A stretch of DNA of 64,000 nucleotides from Amoebidium appalachense (Eukaryota; Protista; Ichthyosporea), in contig CAVNZM010000016.1 of the NCBI GenBank assembly GCA_963693365.1, forward strand, positions 4,456,649-4,520,648, written 5' to 3'. Every line of letters starts with the position of its first letter. Position 1 is the stretch's first letter. Shown here piece after piece: positions 1 to 48,938 of this stretch. The position numbers and the translations under genes are program-made. The notes under the pieces are model-generated. The model was not told the DNA's origin and did no database searches. It saw only the letters and a program-made list of their open reading frames with translations.

Positions 1-1173
1 TGTCGTTGACACTCGTCGCCAGTCATTTAGTGTTGTAGTGACTAATAATGTTAGTAGGTATTCGAATTCTGAATATGAGAGAGCCGGAAGTTCACCCGAT
101 ATCGTTTGCAACAAATTCAGAATCTCAGCTATATACGTACGGCGCGTGATCATAATTTAAAGTGTGAATATATATACATGCCATGCATGTTCAAAGGCAA
201 CCCAGCGGGAAAAAAAAAAAAAAAAAAAAAAAAAAAGTTATATATATACACCGTATGCAAACATGGACCTCAACACAGCGGTAGACCCAATTAGTCACCG
301 ACTGTTACTACATGACCCTGGCCCGGAAGTTGTAAAAACAAAAAAGGTGTAAGGATCGGCCGGAGTGAGCGTGTGAAATTCATGTTACAGCAGTGAACAT
401 ATATGCATACGAAGAGGGCAGGGGTCACCAGGCTCGAATTCTCGGGCCGGCACCAACATCTACATACATATCTTAGATACAGACAACATGTTCCGGTTTT
501 TATTGTTGTTAGCTAACAGTAGGAGTTCCTGAGCTTGAGCAAATATACAAACTTACGCTTTGAAAAGGAAAAAGGACTGTTCACTAATTAGTGCCATCGA
601 GATCTGAAATTTCAGTCGAAATACGAGTAGGTATACAGCCAATAAATTGCCCAGGGGCAACATACAAAAGGTCCAAACCACTGCAGGCCTAGCAAAAAGA
701 AAACGGAAAAAAGAAAAGAAGAAAAAATAATAATAATAAAAGATAAATTCAAATACAGTGCATACAACACCCCGGCGTCCCGCACCACAAAGCGGGCCTG
801 AAACAATTCTACATACTGTACACGTATATCTCTAACCACATAACATGATGCGTTCAAGGGTCTACTTGAAATCGTCAAACCAATAAATTCGTATACTCAA
901 ACACAAAAAAGTGTCTCCGTCTCACATCACCATTACACACATATGTACTGTAACATGTACATAGTGTCTTGTAGCGGGTGCTTTCAGCTTTATAGGCCCT
1001 CTCGGGTCAGGCCAACATGCAGTTCAAACGCCTCTCGCATGAATCATGAAACATAATATAAAATCCCTTCCGTGTCTGACCCGACCCGAATTCTGAAAAA
1101 AAAAAAACCCCCCACAAGTCTCTTATCACCTTCACACACCCATGTCGTGCCTACGCCACCACCCCGCACCCCA

Positions 1174-1318
1174 TCACCTCAAGCACACCAACACACACGG
1201 ACCACTGTGCAATATCTTGATTCCTGCCTGTTGTGCTGCAGCAACTGCCCTATCGCTCTCACTGCCCGGTTGCAGCCACATGTAGCCAATGCCAAGACGC
1301 GCTGCTTCGCTCACCACC

Positions 1319-1351
<33 letters not shown>

Positions 1352-1353
1352 GT

Positions 1354-1385
<32 letters not shown>

Positions 1386-1512
1386 TGAATGCGGAACACG
1401 GTACGAAGTACGCATACACGATGAGAAGCATGGTGCAGGACACATGCAAAGGCAAACATTCAAGTATGCAACATCAGCCATGCGCACAGTATGCGTCATA
1501 AGCAGAGCCCAT

Positions 1513-1555
<43 letters not shown>

Positions 1556-1727
1556 AGAATGTGTGGCAGAGTGGTGAGGTGGACTTTTACAACAGACAAC
1601 ACAACGTAAAATGTTGCAAAATGAAGGCGGGGAGGCCGGGGGGGGGGGGGGGGGGGGGGGAGAAGGGAGAGGTGAAGAGAGGAAACGGACGGCTGCTTGC
1701 GTGTTTTGTGTTTTGTATTGTCTGCCT

Positions 1728-1798
<71 letters not shown>

Positions 1799-3588
1799 TG
1801 AGCAAATATCTCGAGTTACTCCTACTAGATCAAGAATACACACAAAAGGTATATGCACATCGTATAGCCTCGGGCAAACCTTCGGCGCGTGGCAAGGTGA
1901 ATTATATGAATATATTTTACAAATACATAGATAAATAAAGAAATCGTTTGGAATAAATGGTAGTCCCACCTCCTCGGTAACCTCTGGGTGAGTGATGACA
2001 CGGCATCTTTTAAACATTTGGGTCCCCGTGATCAGAAGAGGTCTCACACACAATGAAATAAATTGACAAAATACATGCATAAATAAATAAATCACAATAA
2101 TAAATAAATAAATAAACAAACAAATAATTCTAAAAAATCAAAGGTAACCCCACCTCCTATGTAACCTCTGGGTGTGTGATGACTGACACGGCGGATCCTT
2201 CGGGTTTTGAAATTGGGCAGGTGACACACACACACACACACACACACACCCACGGAAAAAACAATTGAACATATAGATAAATATTTAACAAACAAAATAA
2301 TAATCATGATGTGCAACTAATTTAAAGGTAAACACACCTCCTCGGTAACCTCTGGGTGAGTGATAACTGACACGGCATATTTCTTTGGGTCCTCGAGATC
2401 AGATAGGTGGCGCACACAGCGGATTCCTTCGATGGGTTGGCCCTTTGGGTTCACTGCTACTACTTCCTGCACATTAGCAAGGTGAAAAGAAAAGTGAGCA
2501 AAAAAATATCTTACATAATAGTCTGATGAAAAAGGGTGGGTGGGATGCTAAGATCTAGAGGGTAGAGGCAAGAGAGAGAGGGGGAAAGAAGGGGAAGATG
2601 GAAGGAGGGGGAGGGGGGGGAGGGAAGACAGAGAGGGGGGGGGAAGGGGAGGATGGAGGGAGGAGAGGGGAGAGCAAGAGAGACTGAAATAGAGAGAAAG
2701 AGAGTGAGAGGGAGAGTAAGAGAGTGAGAGAGTGTGTGTGTTGTGTGGGAAGGGGGGGGGGGGGGGGGGGGGGGGGGAGGGGGGGAAGGGAAAGGGGTAG
2801 TTGGGGAGGGTGATGAAAGAGTAATGGAAGGTAATGGTGCAGGCGGGTGTCGGATATGGGAAGAAAAAGGCGGGCGGCCGGGGGGTGGAGGGGGAGGGGG
2901 GGGAGGGGGGGGGATGTAGCTATATATCTGTATATGGATGTGAAGATAATCGGTGGGTGATTGCGGTTCAGATGAAGAACAGAGACACAGAAAGGGGGGA
3001 TGGAAGCGGAGGGGAAAGGGGGGAGGGGGGGGGGGGGGGGGGGGATTGGTCTGTTGCTGTATCAATAGAAAGAAAAAAAAAGGGGCTATGAGAACCGATA
3101 AATGCCACTTTGAAAGCTTAACCATCATGAAAAAAGGCACGATTAAACTACGAGAGCCTGGGAATCGGGGGAGGAGGAGGAGGGGGGTTGGGGGTTTTGG
3201 GGGGGGGGGGGAGGGGGGGGGGGGGGGAGGGGTAATAGTGTGAGGGGGTGGTGTAGGACCGGACGGAGGGGGCAAAGAAGCGGGATGTTAGAAAAAAAGA
3301 AGACCGAGGGACGAACAGAGCAGATCCAAAGAGCAAGGCAAAGGAGAAGCTAAACCAGCAGCAGAAGCCATAAGAGCTTAAGAGGATGGGTATAAGAAAA
3401 CGAAAAGAAGAAGAAGAGAGATGTGCACAATAGGAGAAAAGGCCGGGGGGCCGGGGGGGAGGGGGGAGGGGGGAGGGGGGAGGGGCAGGCCAGGACATGT
3501 TGTGGCAGAGCTGCACCCTCTCCTTCCACCCGTGTTCCCTCCCTCTCTCCCTCTCCCTCTCCCTCCCCCTGGAGCCCCTCTAACTCCG

Positions 3589-3622
<34 letters not shown>

Positions 3623-4038
3623 TCTCTCTCTCCCCCTCTCTCTCTCTCTCTCTCTCTCCCCCCCTCCCTCCCCCCCCCTCCCCCCCCCCCTCTCTCCATC
3701 ACTCTCGTTCTCATTCGCTCTTACGTTCATTCCCTCCCCCCATCTCCTACCCCCCTCCCCCCCCCCTCCCTTCTCCCCCCCCCCCCCTCCCCCCCCTTAC
3801 TCCCTCCCACCTCCCCTCCTTCCCTCAGTCCCTCCCTCCTTCTCTCGTTCCCTCCCCCCTCCCTCTTCTCCCCCTGTCTTTCCTCCTTTTCTAACTCATC
3901 ATTGAAACCAATATTCAAGCCAAGTAATTTGTTCTTCTCGAACGCACCAGGTGACCGAACCATTAAAGCAAACAGCACTGGCCATCACACACACACACAC
4001 ACACGCACACACACAAGCACCCACGCGCACACACAAAC

Positions 4039-4133
<95 letters not shown>

Positions 4134-4275
4134 CCTTGTTGTGTTTAACGTAGTTCCGCAGCACCATATTGCCATATTTGGAGCGATCTGCGCTGGCCCC
4201 CACCACAGCAAACGCTTTTTGCGCAAGAAACTCAGCCACGAGGCCCAAGTCGGCTGTTGCCGCCCTGTGTGCCAT
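1174..4275 (-). CDS. CoA-binding domain protein (YccU-like, CoA_binding_2 family), 3 exons, 137 aa
   Basis: Exons 4275-4135 (MAHRAATADLGLVAEFLAQKAFAVVGASADRSKYGNMVLRNYVKHNK), 2466-2338 (EVVAVNPKGQPIEGIRCVRHLSDLEDPKKYAVSVITHPEVTEE), 1317-1174 (VVSEAARLGIGYMWLQPGSESDRAVAAAQQAGIKILHSGPCVLVCLR*). All GT-AG, phase 0. Motifs AVVGAS..R.KYG, VNP, WLQPG and the terminal C match the YccU family. Confidence 0.9.
1384..1513 (-). repeat. Intronic interspersed repeat, copy in CoA-binding gene intron 2
   Basis: Reverse complement matches 27755-27883 with only about 4-5 mismatches by eye; bounded by poly-G on both sides. Confidence 0.9.
1966..2195 (-). repeat. Two degenerate copies of the 3' end of exon 2 plus donor, inside the following intron
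   Basis: cacctcctcggtaacctctgggtgagtgat at ~1967 and cacctcctatgtaacctctgggtgtgtgatgactgacacggc at ~2151 echo the real junction at 2335-2376. Confidence 0.85.
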
Positions 4276-6440
4276 ATTGAGAGTCGTGTGGCGAAAGGCT
4301 CAAATCCTTTAACAAAATATTTCGAGCGAATCAAGGAATGTTTGAAGTTTTGAGGGTGAGACTGAGAACAAGAAAGAAAGTTTGAAACTTGATTGAGGCG
4401 GCGGGGAGCTGGCGGCGGGTGAAGGGACACCCAATAAGAATTAAGTATGACGTCTGGCGATACACGTTAAGCCAATAGACACAGGCTAAAGACGTCATCT
4501 CAAAATTTCCGTCAAAACCTCCTCACAGCACTATGTCCTTGCAATTCCTGGTGTGCTCGTGATGTGTCATTGAGCAGATTTGTCATTGCTACATAACAGC
4601 TGGATTGTCACATTGGAAACACGTAGTAAAAATAGGCCCAAATCTCGGTAGCACATCCCCGTAATCACAGTTATGTAAGCCTGCAGCTGCTTCATTCACT
4701 GCAGCTGCGTATGCCTCTACGGTTCAGCTTGGTCTTTCTTAACCTAGGCAGAAGCCTTACTGTCCCTTGACCGTCATGATGCTTCGTGCACACGAGCATT
4801 GAAAATTTTTATTCTTGACATGGTAACTTGGACTAAACGGCCGAGTTCGACTGCAAGTGGCCACAGTACTACCACACCAGTTGCTAGGCCTCTGCTATCC
4901 GATGACGGCCATCTTTGCCAACGTAACACGGACTTTTAGAATTTGTGCAGGATATATCCTCCATCATAGTACATACTGTGGTCAACAGGTGCCTGGCGCA
5001 ACAGACGCAAACAGGCGCAACAGGCGCAAACAGCAACACCTCTCCCCCCCCCCCCCCCCCTCCCCCCCCCCCCCCCCCCCCACTTCCCCCAAGTCCAATG
5101 CATGGGTATCCAAGTATGCATATCCGGGAGCCTGCAGCCAATAGATCGCTCTGTGACATGAAGCGTCATCTTGCTATCTATTGGCTGCAGGAGAGGGGGG
5201 CAAGCAACTAAACGGCAATAGAACCTACCTGCATGCGCTATTCCTATTGGATTCCTATCTAACATCTTTAGCAACATTGGTCATCCCCCCCCCCCCCCCC
5301 CCAGGCCCCAGGCAATCAATAGCAATCACAGCACTATGATGACGTCACGTGACAACCATCATCCATGTCGATCGCGATGGTGGGGGTGCGCATAAACATA
5401 ACTACTAACGAAAACTTTGGTTTTATATAATGTTTAAGCGTATATGCGCTCATAGAGCACTATGTTTTGTAAAATCAAGCCTTTTTTATAATCAAGCCTT
5501 TTTTTAGATCAAAATAATTTACAAAAGCAAATAGTATTTTGTTTAACAATCTCTTACATATAACTGCTCTGTAATTCGGGGACTTCACTTTCACTTCGAT
5601 CACTTTCCTTTCACATCAATTTTTTTTCCCGATTTTCCACCATGACGGGTATATAAGAGCTTTCGCTTCTTTCTTTTTGTGGCAAGGGGAAGTCCCACGC
5701 TGGGGAGGGACTTGCGAGCAGTTGTATTCTTGCGTGTTGAGTTCTATGATTGCCTTCGGCACGCGGTTGTGATATGCTTGTGTGCTACATCTCTCCATCT
5801 GGTGTCATCCTCATGTTTCTCTGAAGCCCGGCATGATGGTGGTTACTATGGTGGCCGCGAGTGCTTCTCGCTTTGGGGGTTGACTGGGTCGTTGCTTGTC
5901 TCCTTCTACGTTGTCTCCATCTCTGCATCCATCTTCAAAATGCGGCATGGCCTTGGTCACTCCGCGGCGCGCGTTTGTGGTGGTTTTGTCGCTGAGTAGG
6001 ACGCCGAGAAGCGTCCCTTGTTAGCCACAATCACGAGCTCTCACTGCGGCTCTTGCTGAGCATTGCAGAACCTTTTCTCGTTGGAACGCACACTACTTGA
6101 ATGTGTCTTCTCTTTTGCGTGCCTTGCTACTCACGCCGCCACCTACCCCGCCCCGTACACGAAAGCGACACCGCCGGACCGAGATATCACCATCACCGCC
6201 TCCCGCCCCGCCACCACCATCCTGGCAGGCACCCGACGGCCACATAAATGCGCCATACCAATTCACCTGGCTTGCACCAGGTAGAGCCCGACCTCCCAAT
6301 GGTGACCACTACTACCTCCACAAAGACAGACACACCGGCCACTCGATCTGGTTACTACAAAATTACCAGTGACCGCCTCAGAACTAAGTTAACTGCCACA
6401 TAACTGACAGGCCTCGTGACCGGATGCCGCTGAGTCAGGT

Positions 6441-6559
<119 letters not shown>

Positions 6560-6777
6560 ACGCACACTACCACACACACGCACACAGGCACACACACTGG
6601 CACATACCGCACACCACATGCACCCGCACTCTTGACCCATGCACTCAGTCGCACGTGCCCTTTAGATCTATCTAGACTTAGAGTGTGTATAGCCGCAGCA
6701 AAAATGTATATTTAAAATGGCATGTAATGTATATGATGGGCCATTATAGGGCGTCCCCTGCTGTGCAGTGTCCTATA

Positions 6778-8413
<1,636 letters not shown>

Positions 8414-9499
8414 TAGTGGAAATGGCTGATGGATTTTGGGACTTTGCCACAGCCACGCGCGACACTCCCCATCGGTGTCTCTTAGCAACTAGCTGGCCGG
8501 GCGATAGCTTTCTCACCTCTCTGCGTACCTTCTCTTTTCGTTGTCTCTAGCTAGCTCTGCCTACTGTTTTTGCTTTTGCTTACCCTTGTTTCTTTTGCAT
8601 GAGCTCGGGGCGAGCTCACCGCCGCCCGGGGGATGTATGAGCGAGATATCCCTTGGATAGTCGGGCCTATAGACCCCCCTCTCTGATAGACCCCCCTGGC
8701 ATGCCCCTAGCCTGCCGCACGCATCATGCCAGCTCAGTCTCTCGCTGGCGCTCTCTCGTTCAGGTCTGATCCTTTCTTGCTGCCACGTGTCGTAGCTCTC
8801 GCGCACGTCCGACAATACGGGCTCGCCCACGTTATCACGAGGTCAGTGTCTCTTTGCCTGTCTTGTCTCCTTTCCGTGCCTGAAGCACGTTGATACACTA
8901 TGCTTTACGATGTTATCTAAAACAACATGTATCATCATAGTCACATTGAGTATTTATATGATTTTCACACAGTGTTCAGGTATCTCAGTATGCACTTGTT
9001 ACTGGATAACTCGTGAAGTTTTTATTGTTTTCTCAGTATGCCGTGCATACTTGCATATCTTTCCGTCGAATAAATCCAGTCAAAAGAAATTTTTTTTTTT
9101 TGACCGGTATCTTCCTTTCATGAGCGGTTTTTTCTTTACCCCGGGATATCTAGATCACACATTATTGAATAATAAAGTCATTATAAAAAAAGTAATTCGT
9201 AATTTGTTTTATTGAGCAGGCTCAAGGGAGATAAGCAAAGATGCTATGATTGGCTCTTATTTCCTGATCGTTTCCAAAAAAAAATCGCGTTGACTGTGAC
9301 ATTTCTGTGTAACGTTGTCACGTTGTTATCACACCCTCGTAACGTTGTCACGTTGTTATCACACCCTCCCCTTCCCTCTCCCTCATTTTTTCTAAATTCA
9401 GCCGACAAAGGAAGCTATTTTAATACTTTCCACCCTCAAAACAAAGCAGTAATTCTCTGGTTGTGAGGGGCCTTTGCGGCGCCCCAAATCACCGCAAAC

Positions 9500-32463
<22,964 letters not shown>

Positions 32464-33182
32464 TCAGTGTGGATATATAGGGCAATGGAAATCGATATTT
32501 TCAAGGGGGGGTTTTAGAGTATGGGAAAGAGCGTGGTAATTGTTGGGAGTCTCTTGTGGGTATTGGTGGTGTTGCCGAATATAGGTTAGATGGTGTTTGG
32601 TGGGCGGGTGGGGGGAGGGGGGGGAAGGGGGGGGGGGGGGGGGGGGGGAGGGCAAATATAAAAACGACTTAGTTGATCTGGCATGTAAATGGTTTCGGAC
32701 ATGGCACTTAGCTCGATTTCTAATGCCCAGAGGAAGACGTTTGCACGACTTAAAGTCAGTCTTTGTATGAAAATATGAAGCGGGATGGTTACGGCGGTTC
32801 ATGAGACGACAACACTATAATTAGCTTTTCTTTTTCTTTTTTTTCTTTTGTTTTCTTTTTCTCTCCTTCTTTTTTTTCCTCCCTCCCTGATGACAATAAG
32901 ATGTGGACGTGTGTTGGGTCTAATCAGGTGGTTTTTGAGGAATGCATGCTTTATTTATATATTGGTGTGATATGTTGGTAAGCTGATTATACCTTGTGTG
33001 GCATGTACATATACATAGATTTATGTTCTACCTGTACTTATGCATATTAAATACTTTCAGAATTGCTTCTGAGTCAGTCAGACTAGTAAGTTGGTGTTTT
33101 TATCACGCTGACTTGTAATGAGTAGGTTTGGGTTAAGATGGTTGTGTGTGGTTGTAGGTGGTGTGTGTATGGGTGTGTGTGT

Positions 33183-33254
<72 letters not shown>

Positions 33255-34285
33255 TCCACTTCTCCGTCTCATTCGAATTCATCTAATCATCAAAAAGAGA
33301 CAAAGTGCAATCGCGCAATGCAATTGCACACAAAAAATCAGTTAAGCCGCCTGGTTTCTTTTCGCGATTCGAAAAGCACGAGACTGGAAAGGAGCTCGAG
33401 AAAAATGGCAACCTGAAAGCCAAACCTACTCATTACAAGTCAGCGTGATAGAGACACCAACAAAAAAGAAATGGACCCGGTGTGTGAGAGAGCTGCGGCC
33501 CAAGTATGAGCAGAGGGCAGACTATCTAGCGGTGTGTGTGTGTGTGTGTGTGTGTGTGTGACGTGTGTGTGCGTGTGTGTGGTGGAGGGGGAGGGGGGGG
33601 GGGGGGGGGGGAGGGGGGGTACCGGTTGGTTAGCGCGGCGGAGCTTCGAGGCGGCAGCCACTGTGTGTCTGTGTGTACATGGCACTGGTCCTTGTGTTTA
33701 AAAAATTTATCGGTGTTTTCTCTGTTTTATTTTATTTCTTTCAAGCTTTTCATTCAGTATCAATGGATAATCCCCCTTAAATCATTCATCATCGAAGCCT
33801 CCCCCCCCCCTCCTTGCCTCCCTCTTATACATGCACACACTAGTTTCGCTCTTTCCTCCCTCCCCCCTCAGACCCTCGCACCCTCCCATGGGAGGCTTAA
33901 GGTGGTGGTGGTGGTGGTGGTGGGTGGGTGGGGGGGGGGGGGGGGGGGGGGGGGGAAGGTGGGAAAATTCAATGACTCAGTGCACTGCAGAGCTAAGTTG
34001 ATTAAAGGGTCGGGCAAGGGATTGGAGGGGATGGGGTGTGGGGAGGGGGGAGAGGGGAGGGGGGGGATTGCCGTAAAGGCGGTTATGTTGCAGTGATGTC
34101 AAAACGCAGGCAGGTTGTGTTTTATGGCACACATCTCACTAGATGTTAGTCTTCTGCTCCCCCCCCCCCTTCCTTCCCCTCCCCCCTCCCTTCTCCCCCC
34201 GCAAGAACCAAAAAAAAAAAGATAAAAGAAAAGAGAGGGTGTGTGTGTGTGGGAGAGGGGAGTGGGGGAAGGGAGGAGGGGGAAG

Positions 34286-34316
<31 letters not shown>

Positions 34317-34767
34317 TAAGACTAACATCTAGGGAGATGTGTGCCGTCTATCACAACCTACCTGCTTTTTGCATGCGGCAGTGCAACCCATCTACCTTCC
34401 AAGGTAAAATCGGTCTATGATACCCCTGTAGTGTCACGATGCATAGTGTAGTTAATTTGCGCGGCTTGGTTTATAATGGGAGATATAACAAAACCTCGGC
34501 AGTTTTTGCTTCGGTTGGAGTCATGAGTCATCGTGATTTGAACGTGTTATCAGCTTGCTTGAACATGGAATCATGGCGTGTATTACACCAGTCTTATCGA
34601 TCTGCGAAACAGATAGCAAAAATGTACTATTTATTTGATACTACACTGCATGCATACAAATAGACCGATGTTCAAATTACAATATGACAGTATTGGTTTG
34701 GATGGTATAGTAACCTTTGCAGGTCAGCCCGTGTAAGAGGGAGTGTGTGTGTGGGTGTGTGCGTGTG

Positions 34768-34858
<91 letters not shown>

Positions 34859-35205
34859 TGTGGATGCACGTGTGTCTATGTGAGCGTGGGGTGTGCATGG
34901 GTAAAACTATTTAAAGATAGATAATATACAGGTTTGTGTGCATACGTGTGGATCTAACGGCCACTGGGAAATCCCTGACACATGCATACCAACTACATTT
35001 CGTCCTAACGTGTGTGCATCTCCGTGCAATTACCTCGCGACAGGTGACAATGGTGATGGTAGTGGTGATGTTAGTTGTGTATGGATTTAACCTTACACTA
35101 GTTCCTATGATCTTTCTGTTCACACACTTAAGTAGTAAACACTGTACACCACCGATGTTTCTAACCACGTACTAGTAACATGCCGCAAACATAAATAAAT
35201 TTTCG

Positions 35206-39662
<4,457 letters not shown>

Positions 39663-40178
39663 TTTATATGCCAAATAGAATGGATCTATGTAGAATTCTA
39701 GTTGTGAAAACCTTGTGTGAAGAGGTTAGGTGCAAATATTAACCTAGCCCAGCGAGTCAGGTTGCAAGGTAGAATGTACAGCGCCACTTTAACGTTTTTT
39801 TCACGGCCTCACGGTAATGCCTAAGCGTTAAAAGGAAGAAAGATGAGAAGAAAGGGTACAAGTTTCTACAAGGCAATAAAGCCCGTCTCTGTGGAAGTTA
39901 ACGAACTAAATCGTACGAGGACAAAATCTCGCTTGGCTTTCAACCTGTTACCACGTGACCTTTGTAGCAAAGAATCCAGTTGTGTGTTAACAGAAAAAAT
40001 GAAGGAAAACTCAAAACACACGCGCAGCTTTACACCTAATAAACAGTTTCCTCTACCCTTCTTTCTTGATGCTTTCTTCTATTGAATAACTTCACTACGA
40101 CTCGACTAAGCCTCACAGAGAAAGCTAGTTATGAAATGGCTGCCAGCTGTGTTTTCGGTTCATGTGTGCCCTGCACTG

Positions 40179-40360
40179 TGACGTCATTTTTGGCGGGAAG
40201 CAGTCTGATTGGCTGTCAACACAAACGAGAACTCGATTATATCAACGAATATTGTCAGCTGTTTTCGAGGTTTAGCGACTGTGTCCTAGTCCACCTCCTA
40301 GTTAGCAAGCTACCAATTTGTATATTATCGAGGGTCGACATTATCGAGTTTTGGCGGGAT
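40179..40360. promoter_or_regulatory. Putative shared promoter core between divergent UBE2E and REV7
   Basis: TGACGTCA (40179-40186), TTTGGCGGGAA E2F-like site (~40189-40199), reverse CCAAT box (attgg, ~40208) and a second TTTTGGCGGGA (40349-40359) in a 1.3-kb microsatellite-free spacer. Confidence 0.5.
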
Positions 40361-40954
40361 GTTTGCGCCATCCGTCTTTCAGTGCCTGCAAAGGGCATGA
40401 CTACGCATACGGAAAACAACTACTCAGCTACATAGAATAAACAAGGTTGAATTCGAAGTGCTATTGAATTTCTTAGTGGGTTGACAAGCGCAAAAGCTGC
40501 ACAACAGCTGGTGGAAGCATAGTGTTTTATACTCTTACTTTTATGGGTTTCATCTACCTTATGTAAACGTGTTCACTGTGTGTGGGATCTTAAAGATCAG
40601 AAAGTATAAACATAGTACAGTAACGTGGTATAAAGTTTTTGACCAAGAAACCATGGTTTAGCATCCACAGTAAGGTTACTTTCAAAGACCAGTGGGTATA
40701 TACATGACACATTTTGTCAACACACCCTTCCAAACTAAGCAGAACCGCTCATTCTAATTAGAAGACATCAACTTCTGTTTTCTTTATCTGATGGCTAGGG
40801 TATGGATTCTGCAAGGGCATCTATTGTTCGTTGTAGTAGATACCAGACATCTTTTAGTTAACACATCACCAGTCACTATGCAGACTGTATATGATATCCA
40901 CATATTTATTAGTAGCTGGTGATCTCTGCCTTTGGAGGAGGCTTCGTGGGAAAG

Positions 40955-47301
<6,347 letters not shown>

Positions 47302-47902
47302 GGCGCCACGATAATATATTCGTCACTTTTTTGTTTCTTTTTCTTGCTTTACACGTTTGGTCTGTTCGGGGGAGGGGGCTTAGCATCTGATTTGACTTTT
47401 TTCTGTATGGTTTGGCCGGAGAAGGGTGGATGGGGGGAGGGGGGGGGGGAGTGGGGGAGGAGGAGGAGGGGAGGGGGGGGAGGGAGGGGGGGGAATCAAT
47501 TCTGATCCAACATCGCGACAACACCTCGGATGTGACCTAACAAAAAGATATGTTCTTTTGTTCTGTTTTGTTCTGCTGATAACAAATAGGCATCCAGAAC
47601 TCGTTTACTTATGTATACTGCACAATACCTTCATTATATGGATTCGGTGTTGTCTATTTTTAGGCTTCCATACACTATACTGTGATAGATGCATGTAAAC
47701 ACTTTTCAAATCGACTCAAGGTATGAATGATCTGGGAGACTGTGCCATATGAATGATATGAGCGGTGCATGTGTCGCGAAAATATAATAATTACCCAAAT
47801 CCAACAAATAGAAATTGGAGAACATGAGCTTCTCCAGATTTGCGCGGCCATGATGTGTTCAAAATATTCAAAATTTAAAGCCTTCTAAAATTACTTTACC
47901 CC

Positions 47903-47956
<54 letters not shown>

Positions 47957-48160
47957 TGAGGAAAAATGAAACCATATTTTATTACTATTATTAGTATTAA
48001 CAACCACCACCACTGGAACCTGCCTACATTTGACACTCGAGACCCTGGGTTTTCGTTTTTGCATTTCCTTTTCTTCTACAGTTACTTTTGCAGCCAATTT
48101 GTTCGTTGTGTTGTTGTGTACTGGGCATATAACACTGTTTACTGTACTATTATATATCTC

Positions 48161-48194
<34 letters not shown>

Positions 48195-48938
48195 GTCATG
48201 AGTCACGAAACTAGAAATAATTCAAGAGATAAACACACAACAACATCTTTATATGTTTACATCATCATATGCATTACACCTCATATGGTCGCACTAAATT
48301 GTACACATGTCACTTGCACTCGTGCTATAATCTAGCCGCAAGTCACAAATAGCACATGAAGACTGCTTCCCTGAAACATAACATGTTTCTTAAGTTAACA
48401 TGTTCGCAGAGTGCAGACATCCCCTCGAGCACACAGACACTACACATGCCGTTTTGGTAGAAAGCACGGCGAAGCGGAATAGCTGAGAAAACGTGTGTAG
48501 TCAAGCATAATCATGATGTACGAAAGAATATCACGCGACACTGATATACAAGCTTGAGTAGAGTGAGACAAGTTCGTCAAAAAAAAAAAACAACAACCAA
48601 CAACAAATTTCTGCACACGTAGCAATAACGTAGGCAAACCTAAGACTAAGATATGTACCCACCCCCCTCCCCTCCCTTTCCCCTCCCCACCTCCCAAAAA
48701 AAAAAAAAAAAAAAAAAAAAAAGAAGAAGAAGAAGAAGAAGAAGGTACACGCAGAGGCATTTTCCGCTAAAACGAAACATGATTTGGTGCCAGTAGTGCT
48801 GATATTCAACGGTATGGATAACCTTATGATACTTATGCACTGCTGAGTCTCTTTAAGCCACAATATCGCTGAGTATTTCAACAACAGTAAAGTCGCCCAA
48901 TGCCGTTGAAACCTCTTATAATGTAAATTTTTACTAAT

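Noticed and set aside
3276-3373. Plus-strand Lys/Glu-rich stretch (KKRDVRKKEDRG...QQQKP*) that looks like a terminal exon
   Set aside because: No acceptor or partner exons; explained by purine-rich antisense of a pyrimidine-rich intron.
5620-6400. GC-balanced segment with coding-like texture on the minus strand
   Set aside because: Multiple stops and no recognisable motif; may be a decayed TE or gene but cannot be supported.
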